From positions 87,668,001-87,732,000 of the forward strand of contig JBNRSN020000017.1 of the NCBI GenBank assembly GCA_051313645.2: DNA of 64,000 nt, written 5' to 3'. The stretch comes from Centroscyllium fabricii. Lineage: Eukaryota. Positions 23,621 through 37,260 of this stretch are shown in pieces. The notes beneath the pieces were generated by a model. It worked only from the letters and a program-made list of their open reading frames with translations. It did not search any database and was not told the DNA's origin. Every line of letters starts with the position of its first letter. The first letter of the stretch is position 1. Both the position numbers and the translations under genes were made by a program.

Positions 23621-24742
23621 GACTTGCATTTCTATAGCGCCTTTCACGACCACCGGATGTCACAAAGTGCTTTACAGCCAATGAAGTACTTTTAAAGAGT
23701 AGTCGCTGTTGTAATGTGGGAAATATAGCTATGTAGGTATATAATTCCAGCCGTCACACACTACTGGAAGTAACTTATTCTTGGCCAATCGATTAAATGC
23801 TTAAAAGAAAATTGGAAGGATGTATTTTTTGTTTCCAGTTTTTTGATTCCCCCCATTTCTCTCCTGAATGTGTGGCCTCCTTGACAGGTACAGCTCCAAA
23901 ACCTCATCCAACTGGCTATGATTCATGTGTGAGCTATCACACCGTGGTTGACTCGTACCTGCCCTCTGAAGGGGCCCAGCAAGTTACCTGGTTGTATCAA
24001 ACCACTAGCAGCGGTTCAAGACGATGCCCCACCACCACCTTCTCAGGGCAACTAGGGATGGGCAATAAATGGTGGCCATGCCAGTGGTGCCCGCATCTCG
24101 ATAATGAATAAACAAAAAAAAAGTGTTGACAGACTATTGGACCACGTGGGATGGACGTCACATCTAAGTCCACCTCTCTCCATATATCGGAAAGCTCCTG
24201 TTTAATGAGTTGAAGGGGTGTTCTTTTGCCACAGACCCTGCGCATAAAAGCATCACCAAAAATGTAAATGGACCACAACAGACAAATAATACGGAAATCA
24301 TACTCTATCCCTGAGAACGGCTACTAGCTAACTTCATTCTGTGAGGTATGGGGCTTCACCAGAAAGGATTTAAGACCTAATCTCCATCCATCAGGCTGAG
24401 AATATTAAATAATGTGTCCCAGTATTTTAACAACCATAACCCGCACAGCATCGTGTGACTGTAATTGATATTCAGTACTGGAGAAACCTCCTCCCACACT
24501 TGTCACATGAGCCCCTCTCCTCTTCCAGGTGTCTGGGACAAGAGCTTGCTCGATAAGAGGTCAATCTGTAAAAGCTTGTTCCAAAGGATCATCATGAAAT
24601 CATGAATGACTCCTCGCCGTAAAGAGCGAGATCCATATCAGGCCGATCAAAAGTTAAAGAAAGCCTAGACTGAAGTGTGTAAATAATGATGTTGAACTCC
24701 ATAGGGACATATGCTAGCCATTGTCTACAAATTTGTTGCACT

Positions 24743-25455
24743 TCAATTCAATTCAATTCAATTCAATTCTTATTGTCATTGCAGAGTACTAGTACAATAC
24801 AACGAGACGAAGACTCGACGCTCCCGAGAGTAGTGCAAATAAATGACATGCAAATTGTATACAGTAAAGTACATTATCAGGTGTGCAGGTACCGGAGTTT
24901 ATTTTTAGAGTTCAGGAGGCTGACAGCCCTGGGGAAGAAGCTGTTCTTAAATTTAGTCGTGCAGGTGCGAATTGATCTGTAGCATCTCCCGGAGGGCAGG
25001 GGTGCGAACAGACTGTGGCTGGGGTGTGTGGGGTCTTTAATAATGTTCAGAGACCTCCGTAGGCAGCGTTTGAGGTAGATGCTTTCCATTGACGGTAGCT
25101 GGGTACCGGTGATTCGTTGGGCAGTTTTGACTACCCGCTGCAGGGTCTTCCGGTCCGAGATGGTGCAATTTCCATACCAGACTGTGATGCAGCTTGTCAG
25201 TATGCTTTCGATTGTGCAGCGGTAGAAGTTGGAGAGGATGCCGGATGACAGCCTGGCTTTCTTCAGCTTCCTTAGGAAGTACAGGCACTGTTGGGCCTTC
25301 TTAACCAGAGAGGAGGTGTTTAGTGACCAGGAGAGGTCTTCTGAGATGTGGACCCCGAGGAACCTGAAGCTGGACACCCTTTCCACCTCAGCCCCTTGGA
25401 TGAAGATGGGGGTGTGTCTTCTGCTTTCAGTCCTCCAGAAGTCCACTATGATCTC
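24743..25455 (-). mobile_element. Rex1/Babar-like LINE 3' fragment
   Basis: IVDF...FRFLGVHISEDLSW...KKAQQCLYFLRKL...FYRCTIESILT...SFFPRAV; (ATTGA)n tail. Confidence 0.85.
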
Positions 25456-25467
25456 AAAGAGGGAGTA

Positions 25468-25840
25468 ACATAGAAGATAGGAGCAGGAGTAGGCCATTCG
25501 GCCCTTCGAGCCTGCTCCGCCATTCAATGAGATCATGGCTGATCATCCAAACCCAGTATCCCTCGATCCCTATCGAGCCTGCACCGATACATATCCCACC
25601 CTATCGCCGTAACCCCACATATTCAATCCCCCTAACACTAAGGGTCAATTTATCATGGCCAATCAACCTAATCCGCACATTTTTGGACTGTGGGAGGAAA
25701 CCGGAGCATCCGGAGGAAACCCACGCAGACACGGGGAGAATGTGCAAACTCCACACAGATAGTCACCCGAGGCTGGATTTGAACCTGGGTCTCCAGTGCT
25801 GTAAGGCAACAGTGCTAATCACTATTCCACCGTGCCACCC
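25468..25840 (-). mobile_element. HE1-like V-SINE
   Basis: Reverse-complement match to other copies. Confidence 0.9.
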
Positions 25841-28026
25841 TTTAGTATCTAAAGTTTTCTTGCTATCTTTGACTGGCCTGCTTCATTTTGGATTTTTTTC
25901 CTTATCCTTAGTATCAGTGCAGTTTTTTCTAGAATGAGAGAACGAAAGAAACAAAGCACCTTATTCGCAATGAGTTTCTTTATAAGTGCAGTTACTGTTG
26001 TTATATGTGCAAAAATGGTAGCTATTTTGCATCAGCGCGCACCACAAGGCCATTGCGATGAATCCATTTTGCGTCAGCACGCTCCACAAGGCCATTGAGA
26101 TGAATGGCCAGCTAATGTATTTCTGATGGCACTGGTGAAGGATGCAATATTGGCCAGACCATTTGCTCTTTTTCAAATTGAGTCATGGGATCCTGAATGC
26201 GCACGTCAACCACCGGAACAAGCAGACAGGACATAGGTTTGTCTCTCATCTAAACAATGGGACCATTGACAATACAGCACTTCCTCGGTATTGCACTGAG
26301 TGTCAACCTAAATTATGATTTGAGGAATATCTCCACTCATAAAGGTGGACCCGAACCAATTGCTGACTTTGGTGCTCATGAATGGGCTGTAATTACTTCA
26401 TTTGTGGAGCTACTTTCATCATAATGATAGTTTTAAATCAACTTTCCTCTCATTTCTGAGAGAGCTTGGTTTGTTAACTCAGTATTTCAGCTAAATGGTA
26501 ATTGTTGTAATAAGGAGTGCTTCCAACAGCCCAATGAGTAAAAACACAGCTTGGTGGGGTGTTGGCCAACATAGGTCAGGTAGATGCCTGGTTTGAGCCA
26601 TAGTCTGTGTTGAGTTGCCTGAGCTCAGCCACAGCAGTGGAATGGCCGCCATAAGATGCCCCTCAGTTAAAGTTGAGAAAAGTCAACCAGGGTTCCTACT
26701 TCTAAATTTTAAAGGGCCCAAGTAGGACAGGCTAATTGGGCAGCTGAGGGGGCACATGGCACCCACCTATCAGTAGTTGCCCACCCCCCTTGACATTTTT
26801 TGCCGACCAACCTAATCCTACCTCTTATTTCCAATGGAAAATGTAGCTTCCTGCATAATAACAGTGACTACACTTAAAAAAAAGTATACTGTGAAGTGGT
26901 TTGGGATGTCCTGGGGTCATGCAAGGCATTATATAAATGTAAATTATTTCTTTCTTTAATTAATAAAGAAATGCAAGGTTTGATCAGTTCAGGGATACAG
27001 TTTATTTCAATATAATTTCCTGTATGTTAATACAGAAATAAAAGCACAAGTCTCCTTCTTTTGAGCATGTGATACAGCATACCATGCCAAGGGAGAGCTG
27101 CATACATAGACCGTCAGTCTATCATGCAGGAGGCTGCTTGGTATTTATATGTCTGTGTACAGCTGCTGCTCACCTATGAGACACTAGACGAATCAACACT
27201 AGCTCCTCAATCACACGCAGAGAGTTTGTCCTGCTCTCAGATCCCTCCGACACACTGGGCAGTCAGCATACATCCAGTTTACAGCAGGCAGTACAAGTGA
27301 GACATGCACGAGTCACGCAGTGCCAGATGCGAGCCAATTGGCAACTTCCATCCAGCGTGGACAGTCGATGTTGATTTGTGTGGTGCACCATTGCTGTCCT
27401 TCAGTGACACATTAGCACAACACAAGGCTCTGAGCATCATTGTTCCTAACGTCCACATTAATAACAGTGTCCAGGAGGCAGATGTCTGGCTCTGTGTAAC
27501 ATTAATCACGATGTGCTGTTGACATACAAGAGGAAGACAAATGATCTAAAAGGGCTCACTTTTCATCTCAAGATGGGCAAGGGCAGCAGTGGTATCTAAT
27601 CTGCATTCCTTGGTCTTACAGAGAAGGCCAGCCCTGATGAATGTTTAAAAGGCATCGAATACACCTGCTCTCTCATCGGCCTCAGGACCCGCCTGTGCTT
27701 TCTCCTATCTGGCCTACTACTCATTAGGATCCATAGAAAGTCTCCATCACTGCACCTGCTCGTCTCCAAGATCCATATGCGGCCACCTTAACTGCAGATT
27801 TAGTCACGTTCTCCCTATGCCTGAGGCATCGCTAGAAAACTCTTATCCACAGATGGGAATCTGTTTTTACACTAAACTATCTATGGTGGCATCTCCATCT
27901 CTTGCACCAAACCTTGGTTGTATTATGTTGCTCATGCCTCCTTTTGTTGATAGAGAAATAAACTATTGCTGCACCTGCCTCACAGCCTTGACTGCAGCAG
28001 CAGTGATTTAATGTGAATTACTGTGA

Positions 28027-28220
28027 CAGAGAGAGAGAGAGGGAGAGACCAAGAGAAAGAGAGAGAATGAAAGAGAGAGAGAGAGAGAAAGAGAGAAGGA
28101 AAGAAAAAGTAAGAGGAAGTGAGAAAGGAAAAAGAGAAAGAAAGAAAGCGAGAGAGAGAGAAAAAGAAAACAAAAGAAAAAGAGAGGGAGAGAAGGAAAG
28201 TAAAAAAGAAAGAGAGAAAG
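28027..28220. repeat. GA-rich low-complexity tract
   Basis: Almost pure purine run. Confidence 0.9.
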
Positions 28221-29059
28221 TCTGACTTGCATTTTTATAGTGTTTTTCGTGCACTCAGGACGTCCCAAAGTGTTTTACAACCAATGAAGAAACTTTGAAG
28301 AGTAGTCACTGTTGTAGGAAATGCGGCAGCCAATTTGCGCACAGTAAGATCCCACAAACAGCGACGGGATAATGACCAGATAATCTGTTTTATTGATTAT
28401 TGGGAATTATTAACTAGAAAATGCAACGCCGTGTTTTTTGTGCATGTACAATCGGACGAGTGGAGCAGATACCAGAGCACTGGCAGCCTCGGCAGTTTCA
28501 GGTGGATGTAAAGACACTACCAAACAGCTTGCTTGTAACACAGGGCTCGTGCACTAGAACATGTCCTGTCGTAGAGTTCTGCAGCTTTATACAGAGCCTT
28601 TTCCACATCAAGCAGACACCGTATCAATGTTTAAGAGCAGGTTGGCTAGGTGGTGGAAGAAGGGAAGGGGAATAAAGGTGTGGTGATAGCGACCCTCTGC
28701 CCAGTAGGGGGCAACAGAGGGTAAACAGAAAGTACATATTAAACAGAGAGCTTCCAGTAATGGCTGTTCCCAGCTCCCAGACAAGCTGTGTCTCTGTCTC
28801 GGTCATTTGAACACATTACAAAAGGAATATGGGAACCAGGTGGGCACTTGGGATTGGGAAGGCTGCTCATGTGGAGGATAAACACCAACACAAACTAGTT
28901 TTAATGTTATAATTTCCACATAATTCTATGTCGTGGCTTAACATCTCTGTTAAAGTCACAGATAAATTTATGTTGTACGTGTACTAAGATTTGCCAACAG
29001 TACCAAGGTCCAGGTGTAGGTTGGCACATGCCCGGCACGGAGTGTGCACCTCTCCTAAA

Positions 29060-30650
29060 AATTCCCTTGACGCCTCCATCCTTGCAAACTACCACCCCAT
29101 TGCCAACCTCCCGTTCCTCGGCAAAGTCCTCGAATGTGCCATCGCCTCCCAAACCCGTGCCCAACTTTTCCAGGGCTCCACGGTTGAATTCCTCCAATCA
29201 GGTTTCCACCCCATCACAGCACTGAAACGGCTCTTATCAAAGTCGCAAATGACATCCTATGTGACTGTGAACGTGGTAAACTATCCCTCCTTGTCCTTCG
29301 CGACCTGTCTGCAGCCTTTCGCACGGTTGACCGCACCATCCTCCTCCAAAGCCTTTCCTCCGTCATCCAGCTGGGTGGGACTGCACTCGCCTGGTTCCAT
29401 TTCTATTTATCCAGTCGTAACCAGTAAATCTCTTGCAATGGCTTCTCTTCCCGCTCCCACACTGTGACCTCTGATGCCCCCATGAATCTATCTTTGGCCC
29501 CCTCCTATTTCTCACCTACATGCTGCACCTCAGCGACATCTTCCAAAAACACGTCAGTTTCCACATGTACGCTGGTGACATCCAGCTCTACCTCACCATC
29601 ACCACCTCTCGACCCCTCCACTGTCTGTAAATTGTCAAACTATTTGTCTAATATCCAGTACTGGAGGAGCAGAAATTTACACCAACTTAATATTGGGAGG
29701 ATTGAAGTCTTTGAGGGGAGAATTGGGTTGCTTGCGCCAGCTGTTAGCACCCTAAGAGGGCTGCTAATGGGGCACATGGCATCTAGCGCCTGGGCTGGCA
29801 CCTCCCACGATATTCAGCGGGGTGCTGGCGGCGGCAGCAGCCGGTAGCGTCCTACGGTGTGACGCCACTGGCAATTACATCATCGCCGTGTGCAGCGCCC
29901 CGCTCGTGTCCTGGTCGCGAACTTGAGTCGTGCCCGCTGACGTACCGCCGGACGCTGTCTGCAACAGGGTCAGGGGGGCGCAGCAACAGCGCTGTTTAAA
30001 GGGGCGGGTGCCGGGTTGTCATTTTTCTTGCTGGCCGACTGAGCCCCCTCTGCTGTCCCCGGCCTTCCCCGATGCCCCCAACGCGGAGTGCTGGCTGTGC
30101 TCCATGAGCCCAGCACTTCCCTCGAGTGCTGGGCTCCTTTGGTGGCATTCCGTCCCCGGCAGTCCATCGGGGCTCTGGGCCGCGCCGCACTAGGCCACTC
30201 CCCTTTAAGAAGGGGAGTGAGGCCTTCAGTACCGTGGCGCGGCGCTCTGCAGAGCGTGGTGCTGCGGCAAGCAGTCACCCAAAATTGAGTGGTAGCACCC
30301 AAAGAATGAGGTGGGGTGCCTGCAGTAGCGCCGCACCCCCTACTTGGGGCGCTAAAAAACAATTTCCGGCGGACCGGCGCTAACTTTTTCGAGGCGCTAA
30401 AAGTAGTACCCCGCCGAGATTAGCGCCCCAGACGGGGCGCAACCCAATTTTTACCCCATTGTCTTCGGTCCCTGCCACAAACTCTGTTCCTTAGCCACAG
30501 ACTCCATGTCAACTCTCTGAGGCTGAACCAGACTGTTTGCAACCTTGATGTCATTTGATTCTGTGAGGAGCTTTTAACCACAAATCCGTGCCTTCAAAAA
30601 GACCAGTTACTTCCACCACCTTAACATCGCCCAACTCCGCCCCTGCCTCA
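29060..30650 (+). mobile_element. L2-like LINE RT fragment, interrupted by a MITE
   Basis: LDASILANYHPIANLPFLGKVLE and QSGF motifs, then frameshifted RT; sequence resumes after 30457. Confidence 0.75.
29713..30457. mobile_element. GC-rich MITE family B
   Basis: TIR GAGGGGAGAATTGGGTTGC / GCAACCCAATTTTTACCCC; interrupts L2; inverted homology with 46486-47175. Confidence 0.78.
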
Positions 30651-30867
30651 GATGAGCCAGGCTGGCTGGCCAATAATGCGAAAAGGACAGGGAGTGGGAT
30701 TAGAGTTGATAGCTCCAATTGAAGCACCATCACCGATACAGACACAATGGGCCAGCCTCTTTCTATGTTGTAATTTCTATGATGTGGAGGTGCCAGTGTT
30801 GGAATGGGGTGGACAAATGTAAGAAGTCACACAACACCAGGTTATAGTCCAACAGTTTTATTTTAAA

Positions 30868-30904
30868 TCACAAGCTTTCGGAGCACTGCTCCTTCATCAG
30901 GTGA
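30868..30904 (-). ncRNA. Minimal type I hammerhead ribozyme
   Basis: TCAC-CTGATGA-A-GGAGC.AGT.GCTCC-GAAA-GC-TT-GTGA: intact core, stems I and II, palindromic AGCT in place of stem III. Confidence 0.7.
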
Positions 30905-31765
30905 AGTGAAGAGATGCACATAGGCACAGCATATATATAGTCAGAGAACACTGCCAGATTGATTACAGGTAATTTTTCTAACTGCCCTTTATCACACCTC
31001 GGCAGAGAGATAATCACAGCAATCAAAGGTGTGAATGGTGTCCAAACAGGTCAGTCAGGAAAACATGCCATCAAAGAACAATGAAGTGGGGTCACAAGGG
31101 GACAAATGTTGCAGTGCTGGGGCCTGCATGAAAAACAAACAAAAAACAAACTAGAAACCACAAAAAAAAATTATTTTTTTTACTGGAAATCACAGCAGGT
31201 GATATAGAGAGAACAAGCCAACGATGACTCGAGTCTGGATGACTCTGCGTCAGGTGGGGTTACACGTAGCGTGACATGAAGCCAAGATCCCGGTTAAGGC
31301 CGTCCTCATGAGTGCGGAACTTGGCTATCAGTTTCTGCTCGACGATTTTGCGTTGTCGTGTGTCTCGAAGGCCTGCTTGGCTTCATGTCACATTACATGT
31401 AACCCCACCTGATGTAGAGTCATCCAGACTCGAGTCGTCGTCGGCTTGTTCTCTCTACACAGATGCGGCTGGACCTGCTGTGAGTTCCAGCAAAAAAGAT
31501 GTTTCATTTTTTTTAATGGTTTCTAGTTTGTTTTTTGTTTTTCATGCAGGCCCCAGCACTGCAACATTTGACCCCTTGTGACCCCACCTCATTGTTCTTT
31601 GATGGAATGTTTTTCTGACTGACCTGTTTGGAGATCATTCACACCTTTGATTGCTGTGATTATCTCTCTGCCGAGGTGTGATAAAGGGCAGTTAAAAAAG
31701 TTACCAGTAATCATCTGGCATTGTTCTCTGACTATATATGCTGTGCCTATATGCATCTCTTCACT

Positions 31766-31802
31766 TCACCTGACGAAGGAGCAGTGCTCCGAAAGCTTGT
31801 GA
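31766..31802 (+). ncRNA. Minimal type I hammerhead ribozyme
   Basis: TCAC-CTGACGA-A-GGAGC.AGT.GCTCC-GAAA-GC-TT-GTGA. Confidence 0.7.
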
Positions 31803-32849
31803 TTTCAAATAAAGCTGTGGGACTATAACCTGGTGTTGTGTAATTTCAATGATTCTAAAATCAACAGTGCCCTGGGATACTGGTTACCGTCTGACTCAGG
31901 TACCAAATTACAGAGTCTGGGTTTATTCCATCATCAGGGGACCCTAGAGCCAACGCTACCTCAATGAGACTCTGTTTACCTAACTCCACCCCCCCACCCC
32001 GCCCCCGCCGCCCACAAGAAAGATATTGAAAAAAAAGAAAATGGGTTATACACCTATCAAAATCCAATTCTGAGCCACAATCCCGATTGGGATATTCAAA
32101 TGGTTTAAATCCAGGAAACTGAAAAAGAAACAAAATTCACTCTCTTGGGATCGTCTCTTATCCATGGAAAATTATTTTATGTTTTCTCCTTTTTTCCTTC
32201 ATCAAGTCTCTTCCTCCCACTCATCATACCGTGAAAGGGCAGGAAGATAAACTGGCTCCAATCATCTGCCAACTCAGGGGTGGATGAGAGGTGCCTAGTT
32301 GACAATCTCGGCACTTGCTTTCTCCCCTCTGGGGAAGTGCTCGAGATCTGCCAGGGGCTTCCTGCTGATGTCAGGGCTGAGATCAGGAACTCACTAGGTA
32401 GGGGATTATCGACATAAACCTGTGGCCTTTCTTAAATGCAGGTCGAGACACCTCTATTTGCAAGCCTATCTATTGTAGCACAACCTCTGATGCAATTCGT
32501 TTCTCAGCCTCCTTAGCAATAGAGAACCGACTGGAAATATTTCCTTTCAAACCTGCTTTTATGGCTTCCAAAGAAAATATTAGTGTAGTAACTAACAAAA
32601 CCCTTTGAGTTTTTGCAACCCAATTTCTGTTTCCATTAACTTTTGCCTCACTTTTAACCCTTCACACCATTTTTCCTTTTGAATTTCTCCCTTTACTTTT
32701 CTCTCTTGAAAGTACGAGCTCATGCTAGGGTCTAGCTCCATGGGCTCTGATGAGAAGAGCTCAAATGTGACAGCAATTTTGGGGGAGATCACTGACTAAA
32801 TCAAATCGGAAAACACAGGCCTCTCCACTGTTTAACCACAAGAGGTGTT

Positions 32850-34020
32850 AACTGTGGCTCAGTGGGTGGCACTCTCTCTGAGTCATAAGGTTGTGGGTTC
32901 AAGTCCAACTCCAGAGACTTAGGGGGGGATTTTCACAAAGGTGTGGGGAATTGGCGGGTTTTGGGCAGATCAGGTTTCTGACTTGAATGTTCAAGGGCCT
33001 GGGAGCCCCACGCAATTTTGGCTTAATTGGCCAATTAATAGCCCACGTGTCAGAGCCCCTGCCAATACACAATTTCCAGTCAGAAAGCGTGGGTTGCTGC
33101 AGTTGTGATTTTAGACCTGCAGGAGCTTTTGATGGGCAGTTCTGAAGAGGTTGTTTACTTTCAATGTTGACACAGTCCATTGTAGTCACTAATGTCAACA
33201 AATGCTAAACCGCAGAACCTTTTGATGGGCAGTTCTGAAAAAGTTGTTTACTTTCAATGTTCACACTGTCCATTGTGAATCACTAATGTCAACAAATGCT
33301 AAACTGCAAGACCGTTTGATTGGCAGGTTTAAGAACACGCTGTTTGGAGCGCCTGTATTTGAAGCAGTAGAAATCATCCAACAGGTTAGTCTCTGAAAGG
33401 TGTTTTTCACAGCTGATTTTCAACCTATGGGGATACTTACACCTCCAGGGTGTTGAAGGCCTGTAAGGCACTCTGCTGCAGGTGCTTCAATGCCTTGAAG
33501 ATGAAAGTGAGCAAATCGAATGTGTTCCCGCTAGGTTTCACCAGCGGGGTTTCAGGATGGCGGGGTATGGGTGGGAAACGCTTTAAAATGGCGGAGGACC
33601 TTAAAATGGGATTATCCCTGGCAATTAAGGGCCCTAAATGAGCATTACAATCATCCCCGCCGGTGGCGGGCAGGAACGATTCGGGCCGGCTAGACACACC
33701 GGCCGAAAACTGCAAAGTGGTGGGGATCCAGCGGGAGGGGTCGGGACCCCCTGGTTTCGTAATTTTAAGCCCTGCCCCACCAGAAACCCGCCCTCACAGC
33801 CCGAGGAAAATCCCCCCCTTAAGCACAAAACTCAAGGCTGACATGACACTCCAGGAAGTGCTGCACTGTCGGAGGTACCGTCCTTCAGATAAGATGTTAA
33901 ACCGAGATCTTGTCTGCCCTCTCAGGTGGATATAAAACATCCTTTGGCACGATTTCAAAGAAGAGCAGGGGTGTTCTGGTCAATATTTATCCCTCAACCA
34001 ATATCTAAAAACAGATTACA
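32850..34020 (+). mobile_element. Deu-domain/SacSINE-like SINE, interrupted by a MITE
   Basis: Head GTGGCTCAGTGGGTGGCACTCT...GGTTCAAGTCC; body GCACTGTCGGAGGTACCGTCCTTCAGAT...CTCTCAGGTGGA; reverse copies at 37705 and 45030. Confidence 0.65.
32922..33818. mobile_element. MITE family A
   Basis: GGGGGGGATTTTC...GAAAATCCCCCCC; TTA TSD; internal tandem duplication of about 92 bp at 33128-33320. Confidence 0.85.
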
Positions 34021-35024
34021 AAGACAAAATACCACAGATGCTAGAAATATGAAATATGAACAGAAAATGTAGGAAATAGTCAGCAGATCAGGTAGCATCT
34101 TTAACAAAAGGTCATCGACCTGAAACATTAGCACTGTTTCTCACTCCACAGATGCTGCCTGACCGGCTGAGTACAGGAAACTCTTTTTTATCCGGCACCG
34201 ACGGGACCAGCGTGGAGCCGGTTGATCAGAAAGTCCGGATTACAGAGAGGTATAGTAAAAGGTATGAGAGCCCCGTACACAGCCACAGGTGCAGGAGCCC
34301 CGGTTACATGGCACTTGTGCGGGAGTCCCTGTTGCACGGCCACAGGTGCAGGAAGCCTGGTTACACAGCCACTAATATATAGTAAAACTTACCTGAACCT
34401 ACCCCCGAATTTTGCGGTTAAGAGAGATTTCCAGATATTTAGATGCTGGTTGAAAGAGAGTTTCCTGTATTTCCAGAATCTTCTGTTTATATACCTAAAA
34501 ACAGAAGATCTGGTCATGATCTCATTGCTGTTTGTGGGACCTTGGGAGGTGTGGCGGGGTCCCACAAATTGGCTGCCACGTTTCTTACATTCCAATAGTG
34601 ACTACACTTCTAAAGTACTTTGTTGGCTGTGAAACGTTCGGGGCCGTCCTGAGGTTGTGAAAGGCACTATATAAATGCAAGTCTTTCTTTCTGCAATGCA
34701 CGGGGGGGGGGGTGAGTTTCAAACGCAACGTAATCTAAGCACGGCCTCCGAATGTACCTCCAGCTCTTTTCAACCATGGTAGAGTCGTCCGTGGGCCTTT
34801 GTCCTTTCTCCCGGTAACTCAATTTAAATATGAAAGTTAAGCGCGGACTTTCAAAAGTTAAATGGGTCCAAATTCTTTTTTTGCGGAAGTGCAGCTTTGT
34901 TGAGGAGAGCGCGAAGGTTCCTATCTGCTCTGTTAATATCACTGTCCCAGCGTGGGCAAGTGTAGCTGCTTCATTTAGATATTTGTACAATCCATCTTTC
35001 TGTTGAATAACGTGAATGAATAAA

Positions 35025-35150
35025 TGGTGAAGGGTCCCAGACCCGAAATGTTAACTCTGTTTCTCTCTCCACTGATGCTGGCTGGCCTGCTGAGTATTTC
35101 TAGCATTTTCTGTTATTATTTCAGATTTCCAGCCTCCGCAGTATTTTGCT
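35025..35150 (+). mobile_element. Penelope pLTR fragment with decayed hammerhead
   Basis: AGGGTCCCAGACCCGAAATGTTAACTCTGTTTCTCTCTCC...CTGCTGAG matches 53024-53123. Confidence 0.7.
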
Positions 35151-36294
35151 ATTGTATTAGTGAATGAATAAAGAATGGCAGCTGAATGCGCTAAAGGGAT
35201 TTTTTATACTGACAGCTTGACAACAGTGGGAGAAATTGTTGATGTTGAACCTTCTGATTGGCTGTACTTTCGACTGAACAATTAACGGGACAGACCCAAG
35301 TGTGACTGATCGAATGATTAGTGCCTGTCCTCAGTGAACATCCCAGTTGTAGTTTATTTTTCACTTCATTAGACAGGCCGCACATAATGACATCTTTATC
35401 CGTCGTGCTTCAGGTTTTTTTTTGTAATAGCGCTCAACGGCCCTCAAGGATTTTATTTTCTAGCCTTCAAAATGAAATGTATTTCAAAAATGTAGCTGCA
35501 AAAAGCAGCAACCTCCCTCTGTACCTGTCCACGTGCTGACCTGGCAGTCCCAATCAAGCAAAACGTTCATTTTAGATTCAATCTGTTACAGACTGAAGTT
35601 CAATTTACACATGTATTTGCTCTTGGAATTGCATTTTTAGAATATTATTACTGTTCTGTTTGTGTCTCCGTGTTAGGGAGTTGCCACAGAAACAACAAAT
35701 GTGCTGAATCTTTTTTTTTAAAGAGCAAGGAGGCTTAGGTCAAAGTATGCAGATTGTGATGTAAGCGGTATTCTCAAACCCTGCAGTTCTGTAAAGCAAT
35801 GTGCTGCTTTTAGCCGTTTCTCTGATATTTTTCACTCCCATTTTGTCCCTCTTGTCCTAAAACTGCTGATTCACGCTGGGCTAGGATTCCATGAATGTTG
35901 TTCACTCTCTGACGCTCCCCCCAACACGGTCGATCCCACACTGGCCACGTAGGGATATCAACACTTCAGGATTGCCCTGGAGTCCCCCGGAATTAAAGAA
36001 TAATCCCCAGGACACTGCTGCGAGCAACTCAGGAAAAATATCATAGGGGCATGAACAAAAAATGTGTTTTCATCATTTTCTTTTAACATTTTAATTCATT
36101 AATTATAAAAATATTGCCGATTGGGGGGCAAAAAGGCTGTTTGACCAACAGTCAAGTGTAATCCAGTTGGGTATCAAAAATCATTGGGGCATCAACAAAA
36201 ACTGTCTTTTCTTCATTACCTTTGAGCAGTTTTGCTTAAATGGTGGAGATGCTGTTTGACTGGGTTGAGGAATATGTCCAACCAGGGTTTCCAT

Positions 36295-37260
36295 TTACAT
36301 TAATGATTTAGACTTTGGAATCAAAAACAAAATTTCTAAATTTGCCGATAACACCAATCTGGGGGGGATAGTCAACACTGAGGAGGACTGCAACAAATTA
36401 CAGGCGGACATTAATAAACTTGCAGAATGGGCATAGAATTGGCAAATGAAGTTCAACACAGATAAATGTGAGGTATTACATTTTGGTGGGAAGAATAGGG
36501 AGGTCACTTATCACTTGGAGGGTGTGAGTTTAGGTGGGGCAGAGGTACAAAGAGATCTCGGAGTACAAATACACAAATCACTAAAAGTTGCGACACAGGT
36601 TAGCAAGGCCATACAAAAAAGCAAACCAAGTACTAGGGTTTATTTATAGAGGTATAGAATTGAAAAGTAGGGAAGTTATGCTAAACCTGTATTGAACCTT
36701 GGTTAGATCACACTTGGAGTACTGCGTACAGTTCTGGTCACCATATTATAAAAAGGATATAGAGACACTGGAGAGGGGGCAGAGAAGATTTACAAAGATG
36801 ATACCAGAAATGCGAGAATATACATATCAGGAAAGGATGAACAAGCTGGGTCTCTTTTCTCTTGAAAAAAGAAGGCTGAGGAGTGATCTAGGAAAGGTCT
36901 TTAAAATTATGAAAGGTTTTGATAGAGTGGATACAGAGAGAGTGTTTCCATTTGTGGGGAAGAGCAAAACTAGAGGCCATCAATATAAGATAGTCACCAA
37001 GAAATCCAACAGGGAATTCAGAAGAAATTTCTTTACCCAGAGAGTGGTGAGAATGTGGAACTCCCTACCACAGGGAGTGGTTGAGGCGAATAGTATCGAT
37101 GCATTTAAGGGGAGGTTGGATAAGCCTATGAGGGAGAAAGGAATAGAGGGTTACTCTGATAGATTTAGATGAGGAAAGACGGGAGGAGGCTCGAGTGGAG
37201 CATAAACACTGGCATAGATTGGTTGGGCCGAATGGCCTGTTTCTGTGCCTTATATCCAAT
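36295..37260 (+). mobile_element. CR1 LINE 3' fragment
   Basis: SKFADNT; MKFNTDKCEVLHFG; HLEYCVQFWSP; RNFFTQRVV. Confidence 0.9.

Larger units (their letters stand above)
30783..31841 (-). mobile_element. Penelope-like element, 5'-truncated, with inverted pseudo-LTR
   Basis: About 460-bp inverted arms (30828-31286 vs 31376-31841); central minus-strand translation GLRDTRQRKIVEQKLIAKFRTHEDGLNRDLGFMSRYV* (GIY-YIG C-terminus). Confidence 0.88.

Noticed and set aside
28008-28268. E/R/K-rich and S/L/F-rich ORFs
   Set aside because: Translation of a GA simple repeat
34667-34990. 107-aa ORF as a host exon
   Set aside because: No recognisable domain, weak splice signals, ends inside a SINE tail
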